From Patellaria atrata CBS 101060 (lineage: Eukaryota), in contig MU006112.1 of NCBI GenBank assembly GCA_010093705.1, positions 62,001 to 126,000 on the forward strand: a DNA stretch of 64,000 nt, written 5' to 3'. The position numbers and the translations under genes are program-made. Positions 1 through 12,354 of this stretch are shown one piece after another (the first letter of the stretch is position 1; each line of letters opens with the position of its first letter). The notes beneath the pieces were generated by a model. The model did not search any database. It was not told the origin of the DNA and saw only the letters and a list, made by a program, of their open reading frames with translations.

Positions 1-860
1 ATGCGACACAAAACATTCAAAGACTCAATGTGTAGGTTCAATATTTTGAGAATCTCTCAATGATTACTGACTTCTTCAGCTATGCCAACGGCAGTGACCT
101 CGGAAATGCAACAGCATACTTAGTGCCTCCGACGGGCTTCACCATAATTTCCGACATCGATGACATCCTTCGAGTCACCAAAATATACCAACCTAAAGAG
201 GGCCTCCTCAACTCCTTTGCCCGCCCTTTTACCCCCTGGATGAACATGCCGTTCTACTATGCCAACTGGTCCCGTAGCATTCCCGACTTCCACTTCCACT
301 ACTTAACCACCACTCCTGAACAGGTTACCCGCAATTACATGGACTTCATCTTCAATCACTATCCAGGTGGTTCCTTCGATACGCGACCGCTCAACTTTAG
401 CGACATCAGCGCTACCCTCTCCATCCGCAGGTTTCTCTTGGACAAGATCTTTCAGACCTTCCCCCAGCGCAAGTTCATCCTCGTAGCTGATACCAGCAAT
501 AGCGATGTCATGAAGGCGTATCCCGCCCTTGCTCACGACTACCCGAATCAGGTCCAATGCATCTTCCTGCGCAACACGTCCGCCACGGACGAGGAAGACA
601 AGTTCCCTTACGATACGACAGGTTTCAAGAACCTGAATCAGCAGACGTACATGTTCTTCAGGACACCGGATGATCTGGCCAATTTGGATATCGTAGGAGG
701 CCATTGTCTGAATGCTAGTGTGCAGCAGAATGTGACATTTGGTTTACAGGATGAGGTACTAGGAATCCATGGGGGCGAGGATGCAGCAACTTTCTTGGGA
801 GTCAATGGGTGGTTTACCACGGCTGTCGCGGCTGCGGTTGGGATTTGGTTGGTCTTGTAA
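1..860 (+). CDS. App1-type phosphatidate phosphatase-domain protein, probably GPI-anchored (5' truncated by window edge)
   Basis: IISDIDDILRVT (DxD motif), FHYLTTTPEQ and KFILVADTS..D motifs of the App1 catalytic domain. Intron 32-79 (GTAGGT..CTGAC..CAG) joins IQRLNV to YANGS. Hydrophobic C-terminus. Confidence 0.8.
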
Positions 861-1667
861 AGGAATTGGTGGGTTCTCTGTACATACTTTCTTTTCTAAC
901 GAGGGTTGATGAGACATGATAATTGTAGGAATATTAAGTGGCATTACTGGACTCAAAATCTGGAGCAACCCAAGGATCCGGTGTCGTGCCCGTGCACTTC
1001 TACTTGCGCAAGAAAAGGGCAAACCCTCTATACGACTTACTATAACTACGAGACTTCAACCATACTATTAGTGAGAAGGCTAGGCAATATAGACCAGAGG
1101 TATGAATCTGGATTTTGAAAACTTTCGATTCTATCCCGAGTGGCTAATATAGTTACTCAAACTATTTCCTTTCCTTGTCTCAGGTTGCAATATCGCAAGG
1201 GACTCTTGCCTTGATACCGAACATGATTGATTTTATCAATGAATCTTCAGGCCCAGTTGCGGAGAAAGGAAAGTTGAGATGGGGTTGGAGACGCAACACG
1301 TGATGGAAGAAATTAGGTTAAACCAAATCGAGGAAACATATCCCAAATCCCATCCGTTCTCCTCAACCCAAACCAAAGCGGTACGAAATATCCGGCTTAG
1401 CTGCACTTGAATCCCTTGATCGCTTGATAGAAGATCATCGTTATCGGACTGCATCATGTCTTCTGCTCCTCAGTGGATATATACCATGCCTCGCTTTACA
1501 TGCAACCCCGTTCTGAGTGACCACCGGATGCTAATCATGCATTCTATTCTTATTCTTAAGCGTTGTGTTTCAGCTGTCTTCGTTTCCTATATTTCAGAGT
1601 CTTAGAGTATCCTCCATTTCTCTTATAATTCTTGGTTTTATCTTCGCGCAATTGAAGAAATATTGTG

Positions 1668-3101
1668 ATGGATGACATCAGGGTCTGGGCAAGAGATCTC
1701 TGCAACACGGACTGGTTGAGAACCGGTTCCCAGCAAATTCGCCAATATGGCTCAGATAATCAAAAGACTGCTTTATACGGGTTGTTAACCGTAGCGACGT
1801 TCATATGGGCCGTCGCAATCGCCATCAGATGGTTCAAATCGAGTAAAACTGCCCCTAGGCCTTGTCCTCCTGACCTCGAGAAACCCCCTACAACCCCTAT
1901 ATACACAAGCAAGTTCAAAGCCCCAGAACGCGAGCCTGGAGGTACTGACCCCGTCTAACCCTCAACATCTCAATCCCTTCCCCCCATACTGACCAAACTC
2001 CCCAGTATGGGTCCCGCAAGACTTCAAACGGCCCACCGCACGCCCTTACCCCAACTGGACCCTCACGGAAACGAAACCGCTCCCCTACCGCCCTTTTCGC
2101 TACGGTCCCAAGTACAATGTCACCATGGGTCTACGTACCATGCAATGGGATGACTGGATCGAGCTCGACAACCAGTTCCCAAAATTCCACGCTGATAAAG
2201 CCGCACGAATCCTAGAACGGGGCCACAAGTGCTGCAAGACAGCCCCAGAAGCGTACGATGGTGCCGTAGAGCTTCTTGAGGAGTTCTGTGATTACCTACC
2301 GCAAAGGTATCCAAGCTTGTACCGCAAAACAGAGCGGGGCATGGAGAATTTAGCCACGGGCGAGAGTTTCGATATTGTAGAGAGACCCCTGAAGGAGGAT
2401 CCAATGCAGATGGCGGCACGAATGGTACAGGATGATCTGGCCATTATGTTCGAGAAAGGGGATGGGCAGTACTACCTCCTAGCCGGTGCGGTGCTGCTCG
2501 CAGGCTTCTGGCGTCTCGAGGACAAGTTTGGTATGCCACTCTCCGAGATCCATACGAGCGGCGATGTGCCGCAGTTTAAGGAGAAACTGGAGAAAGGCAT
2601 GATGAACTTTTTCAAGAGGATCAAGCCAGATGCTCCCGTGTTAAGGAACAACTATTTTATTCAGGTTGACGATCAGTTGGCGTGGAGTCATTCTATTGGG
2701 AGTGAGGATGCTGAGGGTATAGGCTGGTTTACGGCAGAGAAGAATAAGGCGATTGAGCATCATTGGTTTAGGAGTGAACGGCAGAGTTTGAGGAGGTAAG
2801 TCAAAAGCTCCTGTACTCTTAGCATTCACTAACCACTAGTTATAGACTCCCTCGCTCTGGTGGCGTTGTCTTTACCATTCGTACCTATTTCCATCCAATC
2901 ACGGACGTCTGCAACGAGCCTTACGTGCCCGGGCGGTTGGCGTCAGCGGTGCGTAGCTGGGGCGACGATGTGTCGATATACAAAGGAAAGGAGCGATATC
3001 AGGATGTCTTACTCGAGTATCTTGATAAAAGGCATGAGGAACAGGTGGCTGCAGGCTTGGATCTGGAGAGGGAGGAGGAAGTTAGGGCGTATCCTTACTA
3101 G
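1668..3101 (+). CDS. DUF3445 / heme-dependent oxidative N-demethylase-like protein with N-terminal TM helix
   Basis: Exons 1668-1941, 2006-2795, 2846-3101 splice in frame. Motifs PLPYRPF, TMGLR..W..WIELD, VQDDLAIM, EIH...VP, RNNYF, RSERQSLRRLPRSG..VFTIRTY. Confidence 0.85.
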
Positions 3102-3649
3102 TCAAGGTAGTTATAGGGGGCTAGTCGTTCCATTGGTTTAGTAACTCCTAAGGTGTTCCCTAAGATAATCAACTTTATCCTTAGACCTCTCCTTACACTT
3201 ACATTGAATTGAATAGCAATCAAGATCGAACTGGGTCATGCAAACCAATTTACGAATTTCTACTTCTGGATGACTGACAAAGCCTTTATGTTATTCTTTG
3301 AACGGAAACTGCCGGTATTTTTAAAGATATCAGAGTTCATTGTTTTATATTGAAAGTAACAAACCTCGATTGTTCGTATTGAGGCTCCCAAACTTTAGGA
3401 ACGCGCGATTTCTTTAAATTAGGGTTGATCCTTTTTCCAATGTTCATGATCAGATATCCAGGCATCTTCTTCGAATGTTATTATCTTAAGATTTTCCAAG
3501 TTCCAGTCTTTCGTTTGTTTTCTATTGTCAGTCCGTGAAGTTCAATTAATCTATCATGTCTCTTCTGGATCCCTTTAAGTAGATATTACTCGTACGTCAA
3601 TCTAGTTTTGCAACTCTAGATTCGTCAGAGTCACTAATCTCACAAGTTC

Positions 3650-4773
3650 AAAATCCACCTCGCCCGAAGAAGAAAGTACTAAATACATTCTATGGAGAGT
3701 GTTGATATTCTACGTTGCCGCAACCATTTCAATCACGTAAGCATAACATGTTCCTCAATACATATCGCCAACTAATAAGCCTCAGAACATGGCTAGGGGT
3801 CGCACTCTCCGCGAAGACCAAGCTCTACCGCAGCGCACCAAACAGCGGGATACAAAGGCTCCTGAGGTCCCGCGCAGATTCCACCTCTATCCCGAACATC
3901 CGCTCCTGTGAAGTCCCCCCCGATTTCAGCCGCTGCATCCGTCCCATCCCCTCCCACTCCCACAACGACTACGACCACTAGACTCCCCTCGAAGCCCTAG
4001 CCGCCAGGAGCATCGGCGTCAAAGTCGACGTCTTCCGCAAACCTAGCTGGGACCACACCCAACTCTTCGCCGGGCACACGAGCTTCCAGATCCAGAAAAG
4101 CAGAACCCTCCGCGACCTCTACATCACGCCTCTCCTCCAGATCCTCGGCCACCAAAACAAAGCTCAACCCGCCAACGCCTCCAACCCCGTATGCGTGTAC
4201 GAAGAGTCCCCGCAAACATCGCTGCACCTCGTGATCGAGAACAAAGACTCCGGCGACGATGCGTGGTCCCTCGTCCTCGAGACTGTCCGACCCCTCCTCG
4301 ACAGGGGATATCTGAGCCATTGAAACCCCCGAAACCGGTTTCGTCTCCCGCCCCGTCACCGTCGTTCTCTCCGTTCGCGCTTCCTGCCACCTCATCGCGG
4401 TCAACACCACGCGCCGCCACGTCTTCTACGATCCGCCGCTCGCCGCGGTCAGCACAGATGGGGGCGCGCGTTCAACGCGAATAACTCGGTTTACGCGAGC
4501 GGGAGACTCGGGGAGAGCGTCGGGTGGGTGTGGTTCGAGAAGCTGAGTAAAGGGCAGAGGGAGAGGGGGAGGGGGAAGATGGAGGTCTCGAGGGAGAGGG
4601 GATTGAGTGGACGGTATTGGGATATCCCCGCGTGGCCGGTGATTTGGAGGAATTGGCTTTGGGATGCCGTGATGGGACTGGGGGTGCAGGTTTTGAATGT
4701 GAATGATTTGGTTGCGGCGAGTAGGTTGCATTGGAAGGCTTGTACGGTTGGGGGTATTGTGGTGTGTGGGTAA
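3650..4773 (+). pseudogene. AIM6: AIM6-family (PLC-like phosphodiesterase) pseudogene; 5' end approximate
   Basis: HSHNDY, LFAGH, RTLRDLYI.PL, RYWDIP.WP..RN.LW and VLNV.DL motifs. In-frame TAG 3979-3981 and TGA 4321-4323, a +1 frameshift near 4326-4330 and a compensating shift near 4460-4470. Intron 3737-3785. Confidence 0.8.
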
Positions 4774-5240
4774 GTGAGTTGAGAGGGGTGTTTTTGGATG
4801 GCTGGGGGGTTGGACGGGATGGGAGAGAAGTGTTCTTCGTAGGTCGGGAAGGTAAGTAGTGGATCTCGTGAAGTATACTTAAAATATAGCTGTTATTTTG
4901 TATACTCCGGCCCTCGAGAATCAAAGGTGAGTGTGCTCTTCCGGTGGATTCTCGTGACGGTGAGGTTGCAGCCCGAAGAGGATGTATAGTCTGACAATAT
5001 AGAGTCAAGTGGAAGACATTGGTACCGCCCGTATAGTAACTCTACCCCGTTTGGGAGAAGTAGAAGTTTAAATGGCCACCTATTGCTCGAAACTCCGAGA
5101 AGATCTTAAAATTCAAAGGAAAGCATGATAGAGAGACGTCATGAAAATAAAAAGGAAGCTTCTACCCTAAGGAATCGAACTCTCACCTCAACTAATCTTT
5201 CTTCACCTCATATTCAATTCCAGTGGGAATGCTTTTAACA

Positions 5241-5342
5241 AACCCGCATAGTCAAGTTGGTAAGAGGTCAGGCTCTTATCTGCAACAGAACTTGCGTACG
5301 CGGTCTCTCGAAACGCCTTGTGTTCAATCCTCGGCGGTACCA
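5241..5342 (+). pseudogene. Degenerate tRNA-like element (resembles an intron-containing class II/Leu-type tRNA)
   Basis: A-box-like TAGTCAAGTTGGTAAG, B-box-like TGTTCAATCC, 3' end GGCGGTACCA, and a downstream T-run at about 5431-5440. The 5' acceptor strand does not pair and the anticodon arm is not resolvable. Confidence 0.3.
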
Positions 5343-6416
5343 TTTCAATAATGGCGGGAGGGGACTCAGAGGATAGCCGCTGAGAACGATGCGGAGGGGA
5401 GGGCCGTATCGAAGGAAATTTCCTTTTGCATTTTTTTTTTCCCCTCCCTTATTTATTCTCCTTTTTTACTTCTTTTATCTTAGGCAAAGATCTCTTTTTA
5501 TGAGACGATTGCTAAGCCGTACAGTACACTCTCTGTACACTACATATGAAAACGGAGGAGCAGGTTAAGAGTAAAAGGATAGATCAAAGATGGGAGTATT
5601 TCCGGATCCCAATTAGGAGTAAGTGTACGGCTTTTACTTGAGGTTTTGAGAAGCGATAGGGGTGGGTTTGTATGCAAGTGTGCGGAAATTTTGGTCGCAT
5701 GAATATTGAACTGCCCCAAGATGGACGCAGTATGTTCCCTGGATCTTGTTACGTAGATTGAAGGGGTGTTCCTATGGCGAAGGGCTTGGGGACCATAGAT
5801 GTCGTGGTACACATTCATCAAAGCGGTCATGTGTACAGGGCAATCCGCTGCGTTTTTGGTCGAGGTGGGAGATTGATATGACTACATAGATAGGTCAAGT
5901 ATAAGGTGTGTGAACTGGAACGCTTATGGTATATGGGGGGTTCGTTGAGAAGTGCAATATCCAGATATATCAGGGCAACATAGTAACATTTGTCCTGCGA
6001 TGGGGGATTAAGGGCGAATAAACAAGTGACTCGGACAATTGATCGAGAGTGATAAATAGAACTAATTCCATTGGAATCAAATCATGATGGCGAATTGAGG
6101 ATGCCAGCGATGGCCGGAACCGCTTGCGAAATCGCTTCAGTTGAAGGTTGAGCTATCAACCAACACATATCACTCAACAGCACCTTTTTCTGTTGGCGTC
6201 GACTACTGATTACATTAACGCTGGACACTGTTAAATAACCGTAATCCAAAGCACGTTCTAAAAATCGAATCTGTCCGGTTATAAGTACTCATTCCTCCGC
6301 TAAACGAAGACTTAGACTTTTAGAATCATACTAGGACTTACCATACGACACTCCACTACAACTTCGTAAACTGTATACAATACCGAAACCCTTTTAAAAG
6401 TACCTAATCAATAGTA

Positions 6417-6785
6417 GTGTGCGAACTCCACTACTGGCGTTTCTCCTGCTACGGTCGCCGTCAACCTATCGGTGGGGATCTACAACACTGCGTCGAAGCT
6501 TTGCAACGAGAACCAGACATGCCAGTCAAAAGCTGTAGCGATGTGAAGACAAACCCAATTGAGGTACGACCTGACTCAGAATGTGTGGAATGCGAATCGA
6601 AACATAGGGAGGGTATCTATGAAATTGGGGAGAGAAGTAGCTTTCAGGGGAAGACGGTAAAGGGGCATGCGGCTGATATGGCTGGAAAGGACGTTACCGG
6701 GGAAGTTATCGAATCCTTCATTGATCTGATGGCCGAGAAGTTTGGAGAAAGAGTTGCGGAAAAAATTTTGAGCCAAAGAGGATGA
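6417..6785 (+). CDS. Small Cys-rich hypothetical protein (MC...C...C...C...CxxC type); start codon uncertain (GTG)
   Basis: 122-codon ORF with a six-Cys pattern typical of small filamentous-fungal proteins. TATA-like TTATAAG at about 6279. No ATG at the expected start. Confidence 0.5.
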   Translation: MCELHYWRFSCYGRRQPIGGDLQHCVEALQREPDMPVKSCSDVKTNPIEVRPDSECVECESKHREGIYEIGERSSFQGKTVKGHAADMAGKDVTGEVIESFIDLMAEKFGERVAEKILSQRG

Positions 6786-6973
6786 GGAGCTGTTGGACTT
6801 GAATCCTTGATCGCATCTAGGTATACTCAAAATAAATTGATGATTCTGTTATAACCTTGTCATAAAGTGTCCGATAGTTAGAGTGCTACCCCAATGGTAG
6901 GTTTTGGCTAGTAGATAGTGAGATATCAACTGAAGTCTACAAGGGTATATTAGCATCACAGTATTCTACATGT

Positions 6974-8312
6974 CTATAACTCATCATGATCTTTAGGGTC
7001 TGGCCGTCCACTGTCCTTGTGCAAATCAACGCCTTTCTTCTTACGCCACTTCTCCCATAATCCCCAGAACTCCTTCTCCATGCTCTTATCCATTTGATCC
7101 GGGAGCACGACAACATACTCCACATGCAAAGAACCAAACTCCATGTCATATGCACCCTCAGAATGTTCTCCATGCCATATCGGCATACCCTCGCCTTGTA
7201 CAATTTCCACAGTACCAGGTTGGATTACTTCGCCCTTTTTCCGACTCAATTGGACGACGTGACCATCCAAATGTGTAATATTCCGAGTCCAATCCCCCAT
7301 CCAAGCTTCTCTCAGACTTAGGACCTCCCTCCAGAAAAGATCTTTACCCCTCCTTCTGAAGAAAGTGCCATCTGTGCGTTCATCATCTTCTTTCCCAAGC
7401 TGAGGTTCTTGCTCCACAAGGTACACCAGCATATCTCCAGCAACCCAGTCTGGGCTAGCATCCGCCTCGTTCTCATATGTTATCCTTACGCCATGGGGCA
7501 TACCCCGTTCCACGTGTAAGTCGTGTGTTTCCTGCTCTCGAACAACTTTTCTTCCGCCACAAACCGGACATGGGTGCTTGATTGTCTTCCCTCGGCCATG
7601 ACAAACATCGCACTGCATCTGCACCTGCTGGTATATCCCGGGTGCGAGTTGATGTTTCTGAATACGTATTCCTCTTCCACCACAGGTGGAACAAGTGTCA
7701 ACCTGACCGTCCGCACTTCCCGTACCCTCGCATTTCTCGCATATCGCCTGCTTCTCGACGGTAAACTGCGTATCTCGTCCGTTGTAGAAATCTCTTAATG
7801 GTACTGCGACCTTGATTTCCACATTGGGTCCACGTCTTTCGCCCCCGAATCGCCCACCTCCACCGAAGAACTGTGAAAACACGTCGAAGGGATTATGACC
7901 ATGTTGCTGACCGCCTTGTTTATGTCTCTCGACTGCGGTATGACCACCTCTATCGTATATACCTCGTAGCTCCTTATCATGAAGGATTTCATAAGCCTCT
8001 GTCACCTCGAGGAATTTTGTATTGGCGGACTCATCCCCACTATGTGCAATTCTTAACGGTGTGTAGGACGCATGGGCAGCAAGATATCAACTCACGGGTT
8101 TTTGTCTGGGTGATATTGTAAACTTTTCGCCTTATACGCCTTCTTTATCTCTCTATCAGAGGCACTCTTGGATATACCAAGCACCTGGAACGAGTCAGCA
8201 TCGCTACGAAACAGGCGGGGTATTAGATGTTGCGCACCTTGTAATAGTCCTCTGCACATAATGCAATTAAAGGTAGCAATAAGGATAGCAGTAAGCCTAG
8301 CAAAAGCCGCAT
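6974..8312 (-). CDS. SCJ1: ER-lumenal type I DnaJ/Hsp40 co-chaperone
   Basis: Exons 8312-8238, 8184-8096, 8039-6974. Signal peptide [21 protein letters not shown] domain (EDYYK..YHPDKN), G/F region, four CxxCxGxG-type repeats, C-terminal HDEL. Confidence 0.95.
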
Positions 8313-8737
8313 TTTTGTATCCTCCGACTTAATGATAGTGGTGCGGTACCAAGGCAGAACGTTTTTAAAGAAAGGGAAGCAAAAGTACTACATGGAATCT
8401 AGAAGTTTGTAGAAGGACGATTAACCTAGCATGAAAGCAGGCACAAGGTGGGTGATCAAAGTTAAGGAACTTGTGTATTGTACAAATAATTAAAAGTTTG
8501 AAGTCTACGCTTGTGATAATCTGTCCTGAAGGCATCCCATTCACGGTCCGTGCACACGCGGTTTACCGCAAGTATAAAATAACGTCAAGAGAATCTCATC
8601 ACGTCTTGTTAATCAATGATCTACCTAATAATAATGAGCTGCGGTTATGCTATACTCATTCTCTAAATTCATATTGGCTTAAATGGCGCTCATATTTTCT
8701 AAAAGATGCCTCTCCTCTAGCAAGGCACACCACCTCT

Positions 8738-10491
8738 TTAAGTCCTTTCTGCTGGAATCACCTTGACCATAAGCGGCTGTTTCTCCCAAGTAGTATAGAC
8801 CTTCTGAGTTTCAATCCATTCAAACTCCTTATCAACAAGTTCAAAGTCATAGTTCAAAAGTAACTTTGCCATAATGAGTCTCATATCTACGTAAGCAAGA
8901 CTATGAAAATATTAGCACTTTTATAGGTGAAATAAGGAGTTCACTGCTCACTGTTTGCCTATACAATTCCGTGGTCCAAATGAAAATGGGTTGTACGCAG
9001 ATTTCTTATCAGCCGCGTAATATGGATCTTCCAGCCAACGTTCAGGGGCATATTTCTGGGGTTCAACGAAATTTCTTTCCGAGTGATTCGAGGCAAATTG
9101 TGAAACATAAACCCTGGTCTTTTTCATGTTAGTTCACTCAGTTGAGAGGTAATATAACTCCAAAGCGGTACTTACACCTGCTGGGACATATTTACCACTG
9201 ATCGTATCCCCTCCAGCTGGGACGATTCTGCACGTTGGAGTTAGCTATTCAAATAGATCATACTCGTAACATCAGTGGAAGACTCCTACCTTGGGAACCC
9301 TGTTGTCACTGGGGGGTAGAGACGCATACCCTCCGAAAGACAGGCAATGAGATAGGAACACTGGTTCACCGCTTCCATCGTTATATCTTCGTTACGCTGG
9401 AACTTCTCCCGAATCTCAGCTCGGAGTCTTTGATAGATCTCCGGGTTCTGGAGAAGGAACCAGGTTGTACCACTAAGGACCGTGGCGGTAGTCTCGCTCC
9501 CTGCAATCATGATACCTGCATATGTTGCATCCATCTCAGCTTGACTCACTTCAACACCCTTTGGACCCCTTTGGCGTTCTACGTAGCTTACGAAATCCGG
9601 GCGGTCAGTCTCATTAGCCAGCCGTTTATGATACTGCTTGTATGCAAAATCGTAGAAGTATCTTCGTCTAGCGAGGATCTCCTGGGATATAAGTCGATTT
9701 ATGATTGGACTGAGGTTTGGGTATATTCGAAGACATATCCCTAGAGCTATCCCTTTCAAAGCCATAAAGACGTTGCTCACCCACGGATGATAATCCTTAT
9801 CTCTTAAACAATACAGAGACTCACCCAATACTAGGTCGCCAATGATATCAAATGTAGTATAGTTGTACCACTTCACCACATCTAGGGGCCCATCTAGAGA
9901 CACTTCGCCGACCCTATGGACGAGAAGATCCACGTATTTCTGTATCAGAGGTTCCTGCTCCCTGAGAGCCTTGTCAGAAAATGCATGAGAAAACAGTCGA
10001 CGGATCCGTGAATGAGATTCTTTATCGGCAGCCAAGAGGGACCAACTGCCGTTGCCGGACGGACCGATCCATGTTCGATCTTTGAGATACACCTTCCTGC
10101 CTCTTTTATTATTACAAAAGCCATAGATGTCCTCCCACGCCGTATCTCCGGAAATGTATGACAGTTCATCCGGCGCAATTCGGACGACGTCGCCGTACCT
10201 CTTGTGGGCGGCTGTTACCCTTGCATTCATTGTACCCCGGATTAAGTATGTACAATATGGGATTCTGGATGCGGCGTCCCATTTTGATCCGGGATATTTG
10301 CTCAGTGGATGAAGGTAAATATTGTAAAAGCACATTATCAAGAAGTATAAAAGACACTAACATCTCTATTAGTCTTCAGCATTCGAGCTCAAGGGCGTGT
10401 ATCTTACCAAAACAGAAGTTCCCCCGCAGGTAAGGAAAATGCCATAAGAACTTCCCAATTTGAAGGTCCCATTATAAACGTCGACAGTCAT
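8738..10491 (-). CDS. Cytochrome P450 (CYP65/Tri11-like clan by motif resemblance)
   Basis: Exons 10491-10408, 10356-9290, 9227-9176, 9118-8952, 8900-8738. HPLSKYPG, AGSETTAT, ExxR (EGMR), PERW and FSFGPRNCIG motifs. Confidence 0.93.
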
Positions 10492-11658
10492 GGTGTGCAA
10501 ACTCCAAACCTCTAGAAGTAGTTGCTTTAGTTATTGACGACAAGTTCTGTTTCAACATATAGCTGGAAGGTCCATTCTTTAAGTTTTGGGTCATCTTTCG
10601 GTCTCGGTCGTCGTCTCATCGCTCATATCACGGCCCGATAGTGTTTGGCTTGTTATTGCTGGTTCGTTACTTCTCAGGGCTTGATGTGGCTCGTCCATAT
10701 CCATGAGGGTTCGGTGTAATGGTCTATCCGAGACCGAATATAAATCTGTTCTCTCATCCAGCAAACACAACGTACATCTCTATATTAGCCTTACTTGGGG
10801 GCATGGGTCCTTGGATTACGAGCGAGCGACCGGTGATCATTTCCTAACAGTCAGTGGAGACTTGGGAAGAGGGTGGAGCAATAAAAAGGAGATAGTCATC
10901 AAGCTCATTTCTGCCACATGACAGTGTGGCTCATTCTTCCAGAGTCTGTTAAAGACGTTTGTGCACTAGTCCTCATTCAGTTATTCTCTAAATATTGTAC
11001 AAGCTCTGTTGCTGTATTACTGGGAGCGCAATACGGAATGCTATACAAGAGTGTCTACTTTTGTGGAATATCACAACAGAGATCCCCATTTCGTACCCCG
11101 ACGCTGGATCGGTGAGTATTCCAAAATGAAACAGGGCTCTAGGATATGCTTTTACAAATTTGTGGTACTGTATCAACCGTCCGAATTAGATTAGTCCCAA
11201 ATCACCTGGGGGCGAAGACCAGAAAACGCTGGGTATGGAGACAAAAATATGGATTCAATTCCCCAGAAAGCGGCTACGACAGGAACATTACTGTCTTGGA
11301 GGATCATACAAGGTGCTTCCTATGGAGAAACTCCCAAAAGTTGCTCCACACGACCGAATTTCGACAGTTACAGCTTATCCTTGTTGTGAAAGAAAAACAT
11401 GCAGTACTATATGTTACTTCCGAGGTAAATTTGTCCTCCACATATGAAAAGATACATCTAATAATAAGAAATTTGGACCACACTCTGCAGAGAAAAAAGC
11501 CGAACTTGCAATTTAGATGAGAACGACAAATGTCTCTGATTAGCCGACAACGCGAGTACAGAGGAGATCTCCTAAGATGATAAAAGCACATAGCACGAAG
11601 CGTCAACTGGAGGTCGGGTTTTACAAGCTCCGAGCAACTGCTATAAAATATTCGTCGA

Positions 11659-12015
11659 TCACACGTCCGAACGACAACAGCTGCCGATGCCGAAGTATCC
11701 ATTATTCGGACATGCACCTCTGACTTCGGCCGAGGTACGATACCTGCGACCTGATCTTGCTGAACTCGCGGCGATAGAAAACCACTCACCCCCGCCCCCT
11801 TCCTCCGAAACCGAGGTTTGCGGGGTTCCTGGGCCACTGTTCGCTCGCTCATTTACTCTGTCCGAGGGCGAGTCGGCACGAGTTCTGACGTGTGTCCCCC
11901 GGACTTTTCGGATTTGCTCCGTATGCAATTCGGAGGCGGATTGCTGATCGTAGAGTGGAGTGAGAGCCTCGAAATTTGTGTTGCAATATCGGCAAGTAAA
12001 ATCGAAGTTGAACAT
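11659..12015 (-). CDS. Possible small hypothetical protein with degenerate C2H2-like finger
   Basis: ATG-initiated 118-aa ORF. FTCRYCNTNFEALTPLYDQ fits C-x2-C-x3-F-x5-L spacing but has Gln at the first His position. Confidence 0.25.
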   Translation of the reverse strand: MFNFDFTCRYCNTNFEALTPLYDQQSASELHTEQIRKVRGTHVRTRADSPSDRVNERANSGPGTPQTSVSEEGGGGEWFSIAASSARSGRRYRTSAEVRGACPNNGYFGIGSCCRSDV

Positions 12016-12354
12016 CCGCTACTAAGAAATAGTGCAGGAAGGAGATAAGGTGAGGTTAGAGTCGAGGTATTGATTGTCTTATTGGTGGCTTTTACTAGTT
12101 CTTCCCCGAACACTTGTTATGTGCCTACGGTATGATACGTACTCTCTCACGGTGTAGGATCGTAGGAATAAAAGAGAGACATAGTAGAAACAGATTCCAT
12201 GGTTCCATAAGCCCGAGAGCACACATGTAGGGAAAGGTGCAGACGTGGGGTAAGTAAACGCCAACCTCTTACGTATCTTAAGATCATACACGTTAGACGA
12301 ATGGGTATGGGTAGAAGTTCAGCGCTGACTTGGTGTTTGTTTTTGAAGTCGTTT

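Noticed and set aside
3997..5008. Minus-strand ORFs of 98-178 aa
   Set aside because: Antisense shadows of the GC-skewed AIM6 pseudogene.
5020..5342. 10-bp inverted repeat as MITE termini
   Set aside because: Too short, contains the self-palindrome GGTACC, and has no clear target-site duplication; better explained as tRNA-like ends.
10918..11852. Overlapping 60-180 aa ORFs between the P450 and the kinase
   Set aside because: No motifs, mostly non-ATG starts, and no consistent coding pattern.
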